In this document: one piece after another, positions 11,786-24,895 of the stretch
Layout: the number at the start of each line of letters is the position of its first letter
Numbering within the stretch: position 1 is the first letter of the stretch
The notes under the pieces: generated by a model
Told to the model about the DNA's origin: nothing
Seen by the model: only the letters and a program-made list of their open reading frames with translations
Database searches by the model: none
Translations under genes and position numbers: made by a program
NCBI RefSeq assembly: GCF_001194135.2
Contig: NC_068984.1
Location: 104,292,832-104,344,799 of the forward strand
Direction of reading: 5' to 3'
Origin: Octopus bimaculoides
Lineage: Eukaryota
Length of the DNA stretch: 51,968 bases

Positions 11786-13365
11786 TATGTATATGTATAT
11801 ATATATATTCAGTTTAATGAAATACTTGAATTGAAATATAAATACAAATATGTATAAGGGACATGGCAAAAGTAGTTTATCTTTTCTCAATAGAGAAAAA
11901 GATTTAACTACACAAATGCTAAAACACTATTCACAACATCAACTTTATTTCCCATGAATCAAATGTCTTTATCATAACAGCCATAAAACTGCAATAAATA
12001 TAAACAAGCAGTGTGCTGATTTGTAATATCCTTTCTTTGGTTGGTAGTGGCTCTACTGAATATTATCTTGCTTTTGAAGTTCATTTCACAGAAGCCATTG
12101 TTCTAGGAGCCGCACTATCAAGTGAAATCAAACTTAGCACAGAAGCTCACAAAACACTCATTAATTTTACAGTTCTACTACTGCTTACACCATTCTTAAT
12201 CTTCAGTAAGTGATGTAATTTATTTGAAAGAACCAATGCATCACCTCTTGTTACAGGGTTGCACCATATTGATTTGGTCATCTATGCTATTAAACAAATC
12301 CTAAACGGTCTAAGACCTGTTAACATCCATAATCTGAGAGGACACTAATGAGGCCCTTCACTGCATCTTCTCTCATTGTTCATTGCCTAGAGCCAGGTTA
12401 ACAACACCTCTATCCTTATTTTATGCTGAAGGGCAAGAGCCGCCAGAAATGTTAGATTTTACATTCTTCACAACAACTGAACTATCTTGGCATTCTATGA
12501 CCTCTCCTTGCTAAAATCTGATTTGATTGTTTTGATGAAGTATTGACCTTAATACAGACACTGTATTAAAGTCGATAGAGTTCATCATCGTTTTAATGTT
12601 TTGCATGTTTGCATGAGTTGAACGTTTATTGAGGTAGATTTTCTACGGCTGCATGCCCTTCTTGTTCCCAACCCTCACTTGTCTTCAAACAATGTAATAT
12701 TTCTCCATGTTTTCTGCAGAATATTGGAAATGAATGACACTGTTTGATTGACAGTGACACACATACATGCATATACATGATGGGCTTCTTTCAGTTTCCA
12801 TATACCAAATCCACTCAAAGCTTTGGTTGGACCATGGCTACAGCAAAGGATACTTGCTCAAGGTGCCTGAAAGCAAAAATTGGTAAAATAGAGGAAAACT
12901 AGACTATTACCACATTTTACTTTCTATTTGAAAAATATACAATAAGGATAAACATATCCAATATGTGTGGACGACTATTGAAGAGGTTGCAAGAAGTAGC
13001 GAAATTTTAGAAAAAATAAATATGTAAATGAGTGGAAATTGAACTGGTGAGTGTGTTAATTAATAAGGGATGATAACAGAATCAGTCTCCATAACACAAT
13101 AAAATATGCTTCAACACATGAATTCACATAAAGAATCTTGCAAACCAAATACAAATATATATATATATATTTATATATACACACACACACATACATATCC
13201 ATATATAGGGAGAATTCACAAAAAAAAACAAAAGACGAAGACAAGTGGTGTAGAAAACAAACAGATGTATTAGTATAACGCTCGGGAAGTGAAAAAGTCT
13301 TTAATGTTTCAAGCCTACGCTCTTCCACAAAAAGGAACACAGAAAGAAACAAGGAGAGAAAAAAA

Positions 13366-14895
13366 GTCCCTTTGTCACCAGTAGGGGTAGAAGCTTTCTA
13401 AACTTTGCCCAGGTTATTCTTATTCTAGTGGTAACACTCTCTGAGCATCCACCCCCACTGCTAACTTGGTCACCTAATAAGTGGAAGCTATCAACTACTT
13501 CCAGTTTCTCTCCCTGGAGTGTGATGAAATCTGTTTTCTAAGCATCTGTGTTATTGCCCCTGTGCATCTACCGCACACGAAAGCTATCTTCTTGGTTAAT
13601 CTTCCTTTGATGTTGCTGCACTTCTTATGTGTCCATAGCTTACACTGGGTACATCTTATGGAGTTTCTACCTACACCTTTTCTACAGATAAAGCAGGCCA
13701 CCTACCTGAGGGTGTGTGTGATGAGTTCGCCTTCCTACTTACTAGAACTTTGGTCTTTGCTACATTGACTCTAAGGCCTTTTGATTCTAAACCTTGCTTC
13801 CACACCCAGAATTTCTTTTCTAGTTCTGGTAGTGATTCTGCTATGAGGGCTAGATCATAAGCATAGAGGAGCTCCCTGGGGCAACCTGTCTTGAATTCCT
13901 CTGCTATTGCCTGGAGGACTATGATGAATAAAAGGGAACTGAGGGCTGAACCTTGGTGGACCCCCTACTTCTACTCGGAATTCTTCACTATACTCATTGC
14001 CAATCCTAACCTTACTAACGGCCTCTCTGCAGCCCTTATTAACCATTCATCAATCTCCAGTTTCCGCATCACCCACCAGATAAGGGATCGGGTGACTCTG
14101 TCAAAGGCATTCTCCAAGTCCAAAAGCTAAGTATAGGGGTTTATCTTTAGCTAGGTATTTCTCCTGTAGTTGTCGAACCAGGAATATGGCATCAGTAGTG
14201 CTTCTACTTGGCACAAAACCAAACTGCATCTCATCTAAGCAGACTCCCTCTCTAATGAGATGGGCTATGACCCTCTGTGACCTTCATCACCTGATCCAGC
14301 AGTTTGATACCCCTGTAGTTATTTCTATCTAGAGCATCACCTTTACCCTTGTAGTAGTTGACTATGGTGCTGCTATGCCATCATGAACAACCTGGTTTAC
14401 AATGTGGGTGACTAGGCCATAGCCCACATCACCAGATGTTTTAAGTATCTCAGCAGTGATTCCTGATGGGCAGGGTCCTTTCCTGACTTCATACCCTTAA
14501 TTGCTTTATCTACCAGGGAGCTCTCTATTCGGATAGCTGGTCCCTCTACTGGGTCAACATTTGGCAGGCTCTCCTCCTCATATTCATTCTCCACATTCAG
14601 CGGTCTTTCATTGTGGCTTCTCCAAGCCTCTTTCTTTTCAGAATCAATAAAAGCAAGTGCACCATCATCCATGCCGACAATTTTCTATCACACACTCTTT
14701 TGCAATCCGAAATACCTCAGTTCTTTGGTCCTCATGTCGCTGGACATTGGCAAACTTCTTTTCCACTTTGCCCTTGGCTATGTATAACTGCTGCCTGGCC
14801 TCCGTTTTGGCTACCTGGTACAGTTCCCTGCTACCCCCCACCCTTCAGTTGTTGAAAATCTGCCTCAACAAATTTATCTGACCCATGCAAGCATA
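13366..14895 (-). mobile_element. Decayed RTE-clade LINE fragment (RT and Cys-rich region)
   Basis: Minus strand: FIDSEKKEAWRSH.ERPLNVENE..., DEMQFGFVPSRSTTDAIF, FWTWRMPLTESP, CFICRKGVGRNSIRCTQCKLWTHKKCS. Same family as 6990-9590. Confidence 0.88.
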
Positions 14896-15319
14896 AAAAA
14901 ATGTACGTTAAAATGATTATATATATATATACACATACATATAACCGTACATGTATATATAGTTTATTTAGGCTAAAATAGTGGCTTCTTACTCTGCGTT
15001 TTTTTCCATGTATGCTTTGATTCTTAGACAGGAGAAGAACCAAAATATATGTTGGGTGTGTCGTTAGTTTGACTACAATATGGAGAGAGAAAAGTAAAAA
15101 TATGGGTTGCAGAAAAAGTGCTGTAAAATAGCTTCAAGTAAATGTCAAGTAGGAACTCAGCATTTACACAGTTATCTCCCTTGACATGAAGTTACCTTCA
15201 CTTATGACAAGACTGGAACAAAGTTGTATAATTCAACACTTGGCGTTTCTTTGTTATTCCTTCAGCGTTACATGTTATTGTTTTCATTAGCCCTTTCGAA
15301 GAGACAAAATATAATAATT

Positions 15320-16090
15320 CTATCTAATATAGAAATAAGGCTGGAAATTTGGGGTAGGGGTTAGTTGATTACAACAACACCAGTACTTGAGTGGTACTTT
15401 ATTCTATCAACCTTGAGAAGATGAAAGACAAAGTTAACCTCAGTGGTATTTGAACTCTGAATGTAAAGAGCCATATATGCACTAACGATTCTGCCAGTCC
15501 ATCACCTTAATAGTAATAATCCTTTCTACTATAGGCACAATGCCAGAAATTTGGTAATGACTAGAGCTAGTGATTACATTGGCATCTGTGCTCAACTGGT
15601 GCTTATTTTATTAACCCTGAACCCAGAACATAAAGCTGGAAGAAATGCCACTATCAATTTGTCAGCTTAAGAAAAAAATAATAATAATAATTCTTTCTCA
15701 TATAGACAAAAGGCTTGAAATTTGGGGGGATGGGGAGAGTCAATTACATCGACTCCAATGCTCAACTGGTACTTATTTTATCAACGATGAAAGGTAAAGC
15801 TGACCGTTGCAGAATATGAACTCAGAACGTAAAGCTAGAAGAAATACTACTAAGCATTTTGCCCAGCATGCTAACAACACTCAGCTCACTACTTTCATAA
15901 TAATAATAATTGTTTCAAATTTTGGCATAGGGCCAGCAAGTTTTATACATTGCCCCCCATACAAAACTGGTACTTACTTTATCGACCCCAAAAGGATGAA
16001 AGGCAAAGTCGACTCCAGCAGAATTTGAACTCAGAACGTAAAGACAGATGAAATGTCTGGCATGCTAACAATTCTACTAGCTCACTGCTT
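15320..16090 (-). mobile_element. Cluster of about four co-oriented SINE copies separated by (TAA)n
   Basis: Repeated block tactggtacttattttat.ga...gaaaggcaaagt.gac...gaatttgaactcagaacgtaaag...catgctaac.attct.ccagctcac. Confidence 0.8.
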
Positions 16091-17786
16091 TTTTGATAAT
16101 AATAATGAGCTTGTTGTATGCAGTATTCAGGTCCACTATAACGCCTTAGAAAAAGCTAAAAGAGGAGATAGAAAGTATCCATGTAAGTCAAGCAGAGAAA
16201 GACAGCAATGAAAGCTAAAAGTACATGCAAAGTAGATTGTCATTTTAAATTATAACTGACTGAGAATTAATTAAGAATTTTATTAATTACTAGTGCATTA
16301 GCAGGCAGTGTTTTGTTTGGGTGCTATAATGAATTATAGAATAGAATAAGATTAATATAGACTTAACTGTCAAGAAATAAGACTGCTGTATTCCCAGAGA
16401 ATATGTGATAGATGTGGTCATGAAATGAGTGAATCAATGTAAAATTGTAGAGAATGGTAAGGTTGGTGATGCCATTGCAAAGAATTATCTAACAGAAAGA
16501 ATACATTCTTTGAGAAAGAGCAAATTGAAATCTGAAGAATAGTAGAGATATTGTATATATATTTATACAAAGTCATAAGTTTTCATATTGTTTCATAGGA
16601 AATTCTGGATAATAACAAGCAAGTGCCAAGCACTTTTAAATGGGTTTTCCTTTTCAGTAAATTACTGTATTACTATTATCATCATCATTTAATGTCCATT
16701 TTCCATGCTGGCATGGGTTGGATGGTTTGACCGGATCTGGTAAGGCAAGGGGCTGCACTGAGCTCCATTGTCTGTTCTTGCATGGTTTCTACAGCTGGAT
16801 GCTGTTCCTAACATCAACCACTCCAGAGTTTTACTAGGTGCTTTTTATGTGGCACCAGCACAAGTACTTTTTATATGGCACTGGCTGTGACAGATGGGTC
16901 TTTCTGAGTACAGCAGTACTATCATTAGAAAGAGAAAAAAAAATTCTAAACAGCTTGGTTTACACAATGATAGCTCAGTATGTGATGAAGTCTTTGTCTT
17001 TCCCAAAAAGATGTGGTGCTGATATGTGATGAATTGATTGCATGTAAAGACATCATCAAAGAAGTGTGCAGCAATTCATTAAAGCTTGCACAAATCAACA
17101 AGGCATCAAAGTTAATTGTATTAATTCTAAAATATAAAGGAAGGTGGACGGCTATCAAATGATGTTGGTCAACTAATCAGAGGGCAGAAATAATTATAAA
17201 AGTGTTGATAGTATTTAAGTATATTGATGATCAATTGAAAATTAATTTTCAATTAAATATGTTGCTGCATAAAAACTAGCTCAATTATAACATTGCTGTG
17301 CAATTTAAACCTTGTGCCATTATGAAGGTTTTTTTTTTTTAATGGCAAGATATCAACACAGATATGAGCATGATCTCCTTTTTGAAAGAATATTAACTGG
17401 CAATCATCACAAAGGAGGTTTGGTTTCCATACCAAAAACAAATCTGGTTGCCAGTCAAAACTATCATTCAAATAATCATCAATTCCCAATTTTAGCTACC
17501 AATGTAATAACAATAAATGAATAACAAGGGCAGATATTCAATAAGTGGGAATATATATACTGGAGCCTGTTTACAGTCATTATTCAACTGTACATTGTCC
17601 TAAACTGAAAGGTAGAGGAAAAGTTCAAAGTTTTTATTGAATTTCAAAGAAATTTATTTAATACACAGAGCAGCTGTAAGCTAAAAGTAGTATACATAAT
17701 GAAATTCTTCAATAAATATTTGAATGTATAAACTGTTATACTAAACAAGTTTCACAATCAGGGAGTTATTGGGGATTCAAGTAGTT

Positions 17787-17946
17787 CTGTATTGCTGCTA
17801 CAAACGGATTTAAGAATTCTGTGTTGTGGCTACAAACAAATTTAAGAAGTGTTACAGCTACAAACAGATTTAAGGAGCCCTGTATTGTGGCTACAGATTT
17901 AAGAAGTTCTGTGTTTGCAACAACAGATTTAAAAACTTCTCTGTTA
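17787..17946. repeat. Degenerate ~30-33-bp tandem repeat (about 5 units)
   Basis: Approximate unit ttctgtgttgtggctacaaacagatttaagaag. Confidence 0.85.
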
Positions 17947-18165
17947 TAAATAGGTTTCGTCAACTATCACACTATGAAAGTCATGTCTGATGAGAACATT
18001 TTTTTTAGCTCCACAATCCTTTTTTTTTTATGTTGGTTTTATATTACCAAATATTTAAATTAAATTGTTTCCTTTACATTAAGAAATGCTGGATTATTAA
18101 AATACTGATTATTATATTCTGTATAGAGATGTGACTTTCAGATGGAAGATAATAGCAATACTTAC

Positions 18166-18285
18166 ACTTTTTATTGTTTTTATTATGATTTATGATATCT
18201 TCATTCAGTGAACCACTGGTTACAAATTCCAAAGACCTAATCACTGGTTCACTGCCTTTTTTCATGATGAGATACAAGAAAGTAG
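18166..18285 (-). other. Candidate 120-nt orphan exon
   Basis: Minus strand ...cctacttacag|CTACTTTC...AAAAAGT|gtaagt. The open frame reads TFLYLIMKKGSEPVIRSLEFVTSGSLNEDIINHNKNNKK. No homology recognised. Confidence 0.3.
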
Positions 18286-18951
18286 CTGTAAGTAGGTTCA
18301 GAACAACATCACAAAGGATTTTATTGAAAAAGTACTACATCAGTGCAAGACATGAAATGGATCGATTTCCTGGGTTCTAAGCCAAGAATTAAAACCTTAG
18401 TCTAGATTTTTTTTGCAATCTCCTCTCCATTGTTCTCAGCGTTAGCACTTGGAATTTTATGAGAGCCAACTGTCATACTACATTCAACTTAGATAAGTCT
18501 TATTGTTTTCCTGAACATCTTAGGTTACATTCACTTCAACATACATAAACACCTTTTGTTATCCTGACCAACATCCAGCTTTCAAACACGTATAAATTCA
18601 AACCCTCTTCAAATATTTTCAGACAGTTCATTTTAACTCTTAGATGCTGCATGTCTTTTTCTTTCTAGCACACTTATCCCTTCCTGACACCTACAACTGA
18701 CATAAATATTACCAAAAGTGAGTGAGCCTTGTTACTCACATCCTCTTACCACTGTAAAACAGCAGAGTGCTACAATCTTTGTATACTATTCCTAACGACA
18801 AATTATGACAGGTAAATAAAATCAGTAAGAAATGATGTTTTTTACTTGTTGATTTATTTGGTGCATAACACACTGTCCCACAAAATTTTCTCCTATCAAA
18901 ACTAATTACTGCATTCATTACATCTATCAGTTATGTGTGTGTATATATGAA

Positions 18952-19280
18952 AGAAGGTGCATGGCTCAGTGGCTAGAGTATTGGGCTTACAATTGTGAGA
19001 TTGTTAGTTTGATTCCTGGATCAGGCTGTGTGTTGTGTTCTAGAGCAAGACACTTTATTTCACATTGCTCCAGTTCACTCAGCTGTAGAAATGAGTTGTG
19101 ATGTCACTGGCGCCAAGCTGTATCAGCCTTTGCCTTTTTCTTGGACAACATCAATGGTGTGGAGAGGGTATGCATGGGCGACTGCTGGTCTTCCACAAAC
19201 AGTCTTGCTTGAACTTGTGCCTTGGAGGGGAACTTTCTAGGTGCAATCCCAAGATGATTTGTGACTGAAGGGGGTCTTTA
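18952..19280 (+). mobile_element. tRNA-derived SINE
   Basis: Head ggtgcatggctcagtggctagag...tgattcc, and conserved core gagcaagacactttatttcacattgctccagttcactcagctgtagaaat. A homologous reverse copy lies at 48420-48790. Confidence 0.8.
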
Positions 19281-19302
19281 CCTTTATGCTTACCTATATA
19301 TA

Positions 19303-19386
19303 NNNNNNNNNNNNNNNNNNNNNNNNNNNNNNNNNNNNNNNNNNNNNNNNNNNNNNNNNNNNNNNNNNNNNNNNNNNNNNNNNNNN
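19303..19386. other. Assembly gap (N run)
   Basis: N run. Confidence 1.
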
Positions 19387-21878
19387 TATATAGGTAATGT
19401 CTCAAGTTGACTAACAACTTGTGAATGGAGATTGGTTGACTATAATTCAGCAAAAGCCCTTCATGTATATGTCAACTTGAGGCTTTATCACCATATAGAG
19501 GAATTGAACTTGGAGTCATGTGGCAAAGCAAACTTCTTAACTACTTAGACATCCCTGTACCTAATTGCTAAGTAATCATGTGAAGTGTTGATAAATGATG
19601 TTGTATGATTGTATGTGATTTAGGATGGAAAATACCTTCTCACCTAGATTTATTTCATGAAGAGCTACAACTTTTATAAATTTTCACTACTTATAGTGGC
19701 TAACCATGTGTTTCTTTGATCATTTCACTGTGTTTAAACAGTATTCTAGCCATGACCATCTTGTCTTCCTAGCTGTCTTTTTATATTCAAGAGTACTTTA
19801 TCCATTTTTATATTGGTAGGGTGAAATTTGAAGATAGACAGTAGCACAAATGGTTTCAAACAACAGCATCAGAAATTCTGCATCATCATCATCATCAATT
19901 AATATCCGTTTTCCATGCTGGAATGGGTTGGATGGTTTGACATGAGCTGGTCATCTGGAGAGCTATCCAGGCTCCATTTGTGTTTGGCATGGTTTTTTCG
20001 GCTGGATGCCCTTCCTAATGCCAACCATTTTACAATGTGCTGAGTGCTCCTTATGTGGGGCTGGCACAAGTGCCCATAAATAAATGGTGCCAAATATCTA
20101 AAGTCTCCATAACATATGTTTGTTGTTGTTAATCTCAGGTCAGGCAGACTTATGATTAAAGGCCCTTTAGTTGTAATCAGCTCACCTTTTTCTTTTCTAG
20201 CAGGGTATGATTTGAGGGAAATTTGGCTGCTTTTTTTCGGTGCTGATGGTAGAGTATTAAACCAAAATGCTTTAAAATATTTTGTTGGGTCCTTATAGAA
20301 TTGAATCTTGCTGAAGTTGATTTTTTTTCATCCCTTTAGGATCAAGGGTCTGAATGTTTCCTGGTTAAAAACCAATCGACTAGTCCCTCTTCTCTTCACA
20401 ATTTAGTCTTGCTCCCAAGGAAAAGACAAAAGTACAAAGTGAACATTATAAAAAACAATCATCCTCATCATAATTTGTCCATTTTCCATGCTGGCATGGG
20501 TTTGATGGTTTGACAGGAGCTACACCAGGCTCCATTGTTTGTTCCGGCATGGTTTCTATGGCTGGATGACCTTCCTAATGCCAACCACTCCACAGAGTGT
20601 ACTGGGTGCTTTTAATGTGGCACCAGAAAATAGAAAAACTCAACATTTGAAAAATAGGTATATAAAGACAAAAATATTTTAAAGAAATTAATTAAAATCA
20701 ACAAGTCATAAAATTGGACAAAGCAATCATCATTCTCCCACTCAACATCATTTTAATGTCCACTTTTCTATGCCTGCATGGGTCAGATAGAACTTGTTGA
20801 GGCAGATTCTCTATAGCTGGACATTCTTTCTGTTACCAATCCTCACACATTTTCAAGCAAGATTAGATTTCTCCTAGACCAAATATGTTTTCACATAAGA
20901 TTGGAAATGAGCAACATCACTTGTATGATGTTGAGGCTTGTTATAACCATTATGTGGTGTCAAGACAGGGGTCCACACACACACACACACACACAATGGG
21001 CTTCCTTCAGTTTCTGTCCAAGGTGTCACACAGAGGGGCTGAACCTGAAACCACATGGTTGGAAAACAAGTTTCTTAACTATAGAGCCACTCCTGCACCT
21101 TAATATCACGAATGTAAAAAAAAATATTATAAACCAGAATACAAAAAAGTCACACATTTCAAAAATACACACTGAAAGACAAAATATTTAAAGGTGATTA
21201 GGAACAAAACCAACAAATCATAAAAATTGTGTAACAGCTTTAGTGGAGAAACGAAACAACAAATACACACACAAGATCAACTCTCAATAGACTAATGCAT
21301 TAAATTGCTTCAACAATATAACAATTAGAAATTTAGGAATTTTGCAGTTTAATCCAAATTTTTATAAAATATATCAAATTTAAAAAAATAGCTTGCAATT
21401 AGTCAAATGGTGTATTGAATATGTATCAGCAACCTAATGTGTTTATGTGTGTGTCAATGATTATAGGAAAGGTCAGGAATGGACGTAACTTCACTTTTAT
21501 AGCATTAAGTGCGCCTATCCTTGTCTTCAACAGCCTCAATGTGTTTATCTGTGTGTGTCAATGATTTTAGGGGAGGTCAGGGATGGATTTAATTTCAGTT
21601 TTATGCCATTAAATCAGTTCATCCCAGTTTATCACATGTACCTATTCCAAGTTCTGGTACGATTATTCCTAGTAATTAAGTGAATTGAAGTAGGTGGAAT
21701 TAAGTGTCTTGTCCAAAGACACAGTGACTTCAAGTACCACATTTTATCTCATATTGTTTTGTCTCCACTATGGGTGAATGAACGTGTGTTTAGATAAAAT
21801 ATAGAATTTTTTCCTACATGTAATTGGAATTTAAAACTGAGAAAAAAAAAAGCCTTTTTTTTTTAAAGGTAATTTTGA

Positions 21879-22489
21879 TCATTCTTGAGGTAAATTCCAA
21901 AGTTTTATCAAACCATCATCACTACAAGATGCTAACAAACCAGGTATTTTAGGGTTCCATGATACACAATTTACATCTTGCAAGTGAGCTGATTTCACAA
22001 TGGAAGTCAGTGTAAAAGAAGGTTGGTCCTTATCTGAGTTGGGTTCTTCACGAAACACTCGAATGCAGTCATCTCCACAAGATGTTGCAATATCACCAGT
22101 AAGATGGCACCAATCCACAGAATATATTGTTCTAGAATGGTAACCTGACAGAGTACATACACATTTCCATGCATAACCATCATCATTTGTTGGTAAACCT
22201 AGTTTATTGTCTGACTGGTAGCACTGCCATATGCGAATAGTTTTATCATCACTGCATGAAACAAGTCGGTCACCTGTTTTGTCAAAGCAACTCATCCATA
22301 CGGTAGATTGATGACAATCCAAAGAGACAGATACTTGCCAATCATCAGTACTTTCTTTAATAAATTTGATAGTGTCATCATAGCTACTGGATACAACAAT
22401 ATCTTGAAATGGGTGCCAAGTAATGTGTTTCACATCTTGGTTGTGGCAGTTCATCACACTGGCACATTCATAGTCTTCATCTTGGGTGA
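21879..22489 (-). CDS. CIAO1: Cytosolic iron-sulfur assembly protein CIAO1, last coding exon (611 nt incl. TGA)
   Basis: Acceptor ttgtag|TC (phase 1). It reads (V)TQDEDYECASVMNCHNQDVKHITWHP...WKCVCTLSGYHSRTIYSVDWCHLTGDIATSCGDDCIRVF...AHLQDVNCVSWNPKIPGLLASCSDDG, colinear with the CIAO1/Cia1 C-terminal WD40 repeats. Confidence 0.97.
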
Positions 22490-22754
22490 CTACAAGTTTG
22501 TTAACAAAAAGAAAAAAAGAAAGATTAAACCTTTTTTTTAACAAAATTGAAATAATTAATAAATAAAACATTTTGCATTAATATCAATTTCAAATTTCGA
22601 CACAAGGCCAGCAATTTCAGGGGAGCAGGTAAGTCGATTACATCGACCCGAGTGCTTGACTAATTCTTATGGTAAAGCATAATGTAAGGAAATAGGTCTA
22701 AGGCTGTGTTGTTTTTGCTTGTTTGCATTTCTAGACTGTATTGACACACAAGGA

Positions 22755-23730
22755 TTTTAACTGCAAAAAGTTGTTAGAAACAACTGAGCACTAGACTTCA
22801 TGTTGCAAAGAGGTTGAAATATCAAGCAGGATCATCTTAATCTTTCATATCTGCAAAGTTGTTATATATATACAAGCAATTGTTGTTGGCACTCCGTCGC
22901 TTACGACGTCAAGGGTTCCAGTTGATCCGATCAACGGAACAGCCTGCTTGTGAAATTAACGTGCAAGTGGCTGAGCACTCCACAGACACGTGTACCCTTA
23001 ACGTAGTTCTCTGGAATATTCAGCGTGACACAGTGTGACAAGGCTGACCCTTTGAATTATAGGCACAACAGAAACAGGAAGTAAGAGTGAGAGAAAGTTG
23101 TGGTGAAAAAGAGTACAGCAGGGTTCGCCACCATCCCCTGTTGGAGCCTCGTGGAGCTTTAGGTGTTTTCGCTCAATAAACACTCACAACGCCCGGTCTG
23201 GGAATTGAAACCGTGATCCTATGACCACGAGTCTGCTGCCCTAACCACTGGGCCATTGCGCCTCCACTATACAAGCAATATGCTGGAAGTAAATAGACTT
23301 TACTCACTGATTTACAAGTAATGATTTTGAGTTTAGTGAATGGCAAGCAATATTAACAAAGCATTTAAGGTGGTGAGCTGGTAGAATAGTTAGCATGCTG
23401 GGCAAAATGCTTAGCGGCATTTTGTCCATCTTTACATTTTGAGTTCAAATTCTGCTGAGGCTGACTTTGACTTTCATCTTAAATTTGAAATCAATATTAA
23501 CAAAGCAGTCATTCAATTATTACCAGAACACACTGGATATTTCTTTCACTAAATGTATTTAAGAAGGATGTCATATGACAAAGAGGACAATTCATTTATT
23601 TGGGTTTTCATAACTTTTCTGTTGTACAGTTCCAGGTCAACCGGGACTAAAACAGACCTACAAAGAAAAGTATTCCAACCATGGCCATCCCATATTTTTT
23701 GGAGAGTGTATGTAGGACTGAATTATCCAA
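22755..23730 (+). repeat. Left copy of a diverged inverted repeat pair (interrupted by SINEs)
   Basis: Perfect anchors: 22788-22806 is the reverse complement of 24844-24862, and 23277-23294 of 24743-24760. Confidence 0.8.
22881..23267 (-). mobile_element. Near full-length tRNA-derived SINE with 12-bp TSD
   Basis: Reverse-complement head GGAGGCGCAATGGCCCAGTGGTTAGG...; TSD TATACAAGCAAT at 22869-22880 and 23268-23279. Confidence 0.93.
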
Positions 23731-24224
23731 TTTGCCCTTCCATTCATATCTTCAACTCTTTAGCATTAACATTCTGTCAAAAATAATGCTTATTTACTCA
23801 CATAGTTTGGAGTTAATCTTGCATTATCTTGTAGCTTTGAGATTTTGATGAGGTAACTTAATTTTTAGAATTATATTGTAGGGTAGGTATGAGAGGCCAG
23901 ATCTGGCCAATCTGAACATAAAACAGGTAGAATATTGGAGCTAGATTTGGCTGGTTTAAATACTAAAGAGTTAAACATCTATATCTTTATGAAAACACTA
24001 TCATCTCAAAAATATCATCTTTATCATCATTTAATGTCCATTTTTCATGCCAGCATAGGTTGGATGGTTTGATAGGAACTGGCAAATCAGTAAACTGCAC
24101 CAAACTTTACAGTAAGTTGTATATAGTGATCGGAGAGAAGGAATGGCCTGGAAAGTTCGAAAGATCATGAAAGGAGACTGGGAGATGGAAGCAGGGAGGG
24201 AATGTAGTGAGTGAGCACAGGTAG

Positions 24225-24470
24225 AGGGAGGGGGTGTTATTAGGAGGAGGTGTTGTGGGGAAGAGATACGACAGGGACAAATTGTGTGCAAGTAGGTTCA
24301 TGAAAGAGAGGAGAAAAAAGAAGGGAGAGGAATTCAGTGGGAGGTGAGCAGAGATGGGGGAATGGGGAGATGTCAGGAAGATGTGTGTGTGAGTGGGTGG
24401 GTGGGGGGTATGGACATGCCAAAAGACAAAATGGTTAATTTAGTTCTATATGTACTTTCCAAAAAAATAT
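24225..24470 (+). repeat. Local duplicate B (copy 1; copy 2 at 25600-25844)
   Basis: About 245 bp, near-identical, purine-rich. Confidence 0.95.
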
Positions 24471-24895
24471 GGGATGGTCATAGTTGGAAAGTCTTTGTAG
24501 GTCTGCTTTATTCAGAGACAGATTAGTCCCTCTTGACCTGAGACTAAGCAACAGAAATGAAATGTTATGAGAAACCAAATAAATGAATTATCCACTTTGT
24601 CATATGACACCCTTCCTAAATACATTAGTGAGAGAAACATCCAATGTGTTGTTGTAATAATTGAATAAATGATTCGTTAATATTGATTTCTTTTGACTAA
24701 ACACAAGACCATTATTTGCAAAGCAATGAGTGAAGTCAATTGATTTACTTCCAGCATATTGCTAGAGTCTCTTTTAACTAGCATATTGTTAGTATTTAGA
24801 TATGAAAGACTAAGATGACCTTGTTTGATATTTCAACCTCCTCGCAACATGAAGTCTAGTGCCTGGTTGTTTCTGCCAATTTTTTGTAGCTAAAA
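24445..24895 (-). repeat. Right copy of the diverged inverted repeat pair
   Basis: Reverse-complement colinear with 22755-23730 once the SINEs are removed. Confidence 0.8.

Noticed and set aside
21842-21864. A10-GCC-T10 hairpin just after the CIAO1 stop codon
   Set aside because: Homopolymer coincidence is common in this AT-rich DNA.
22490-22571. N-terminus of ORF 21879..22571
   Set aside because: Intronic polypyrimidine tract upstream of the ttgtag acceptor.
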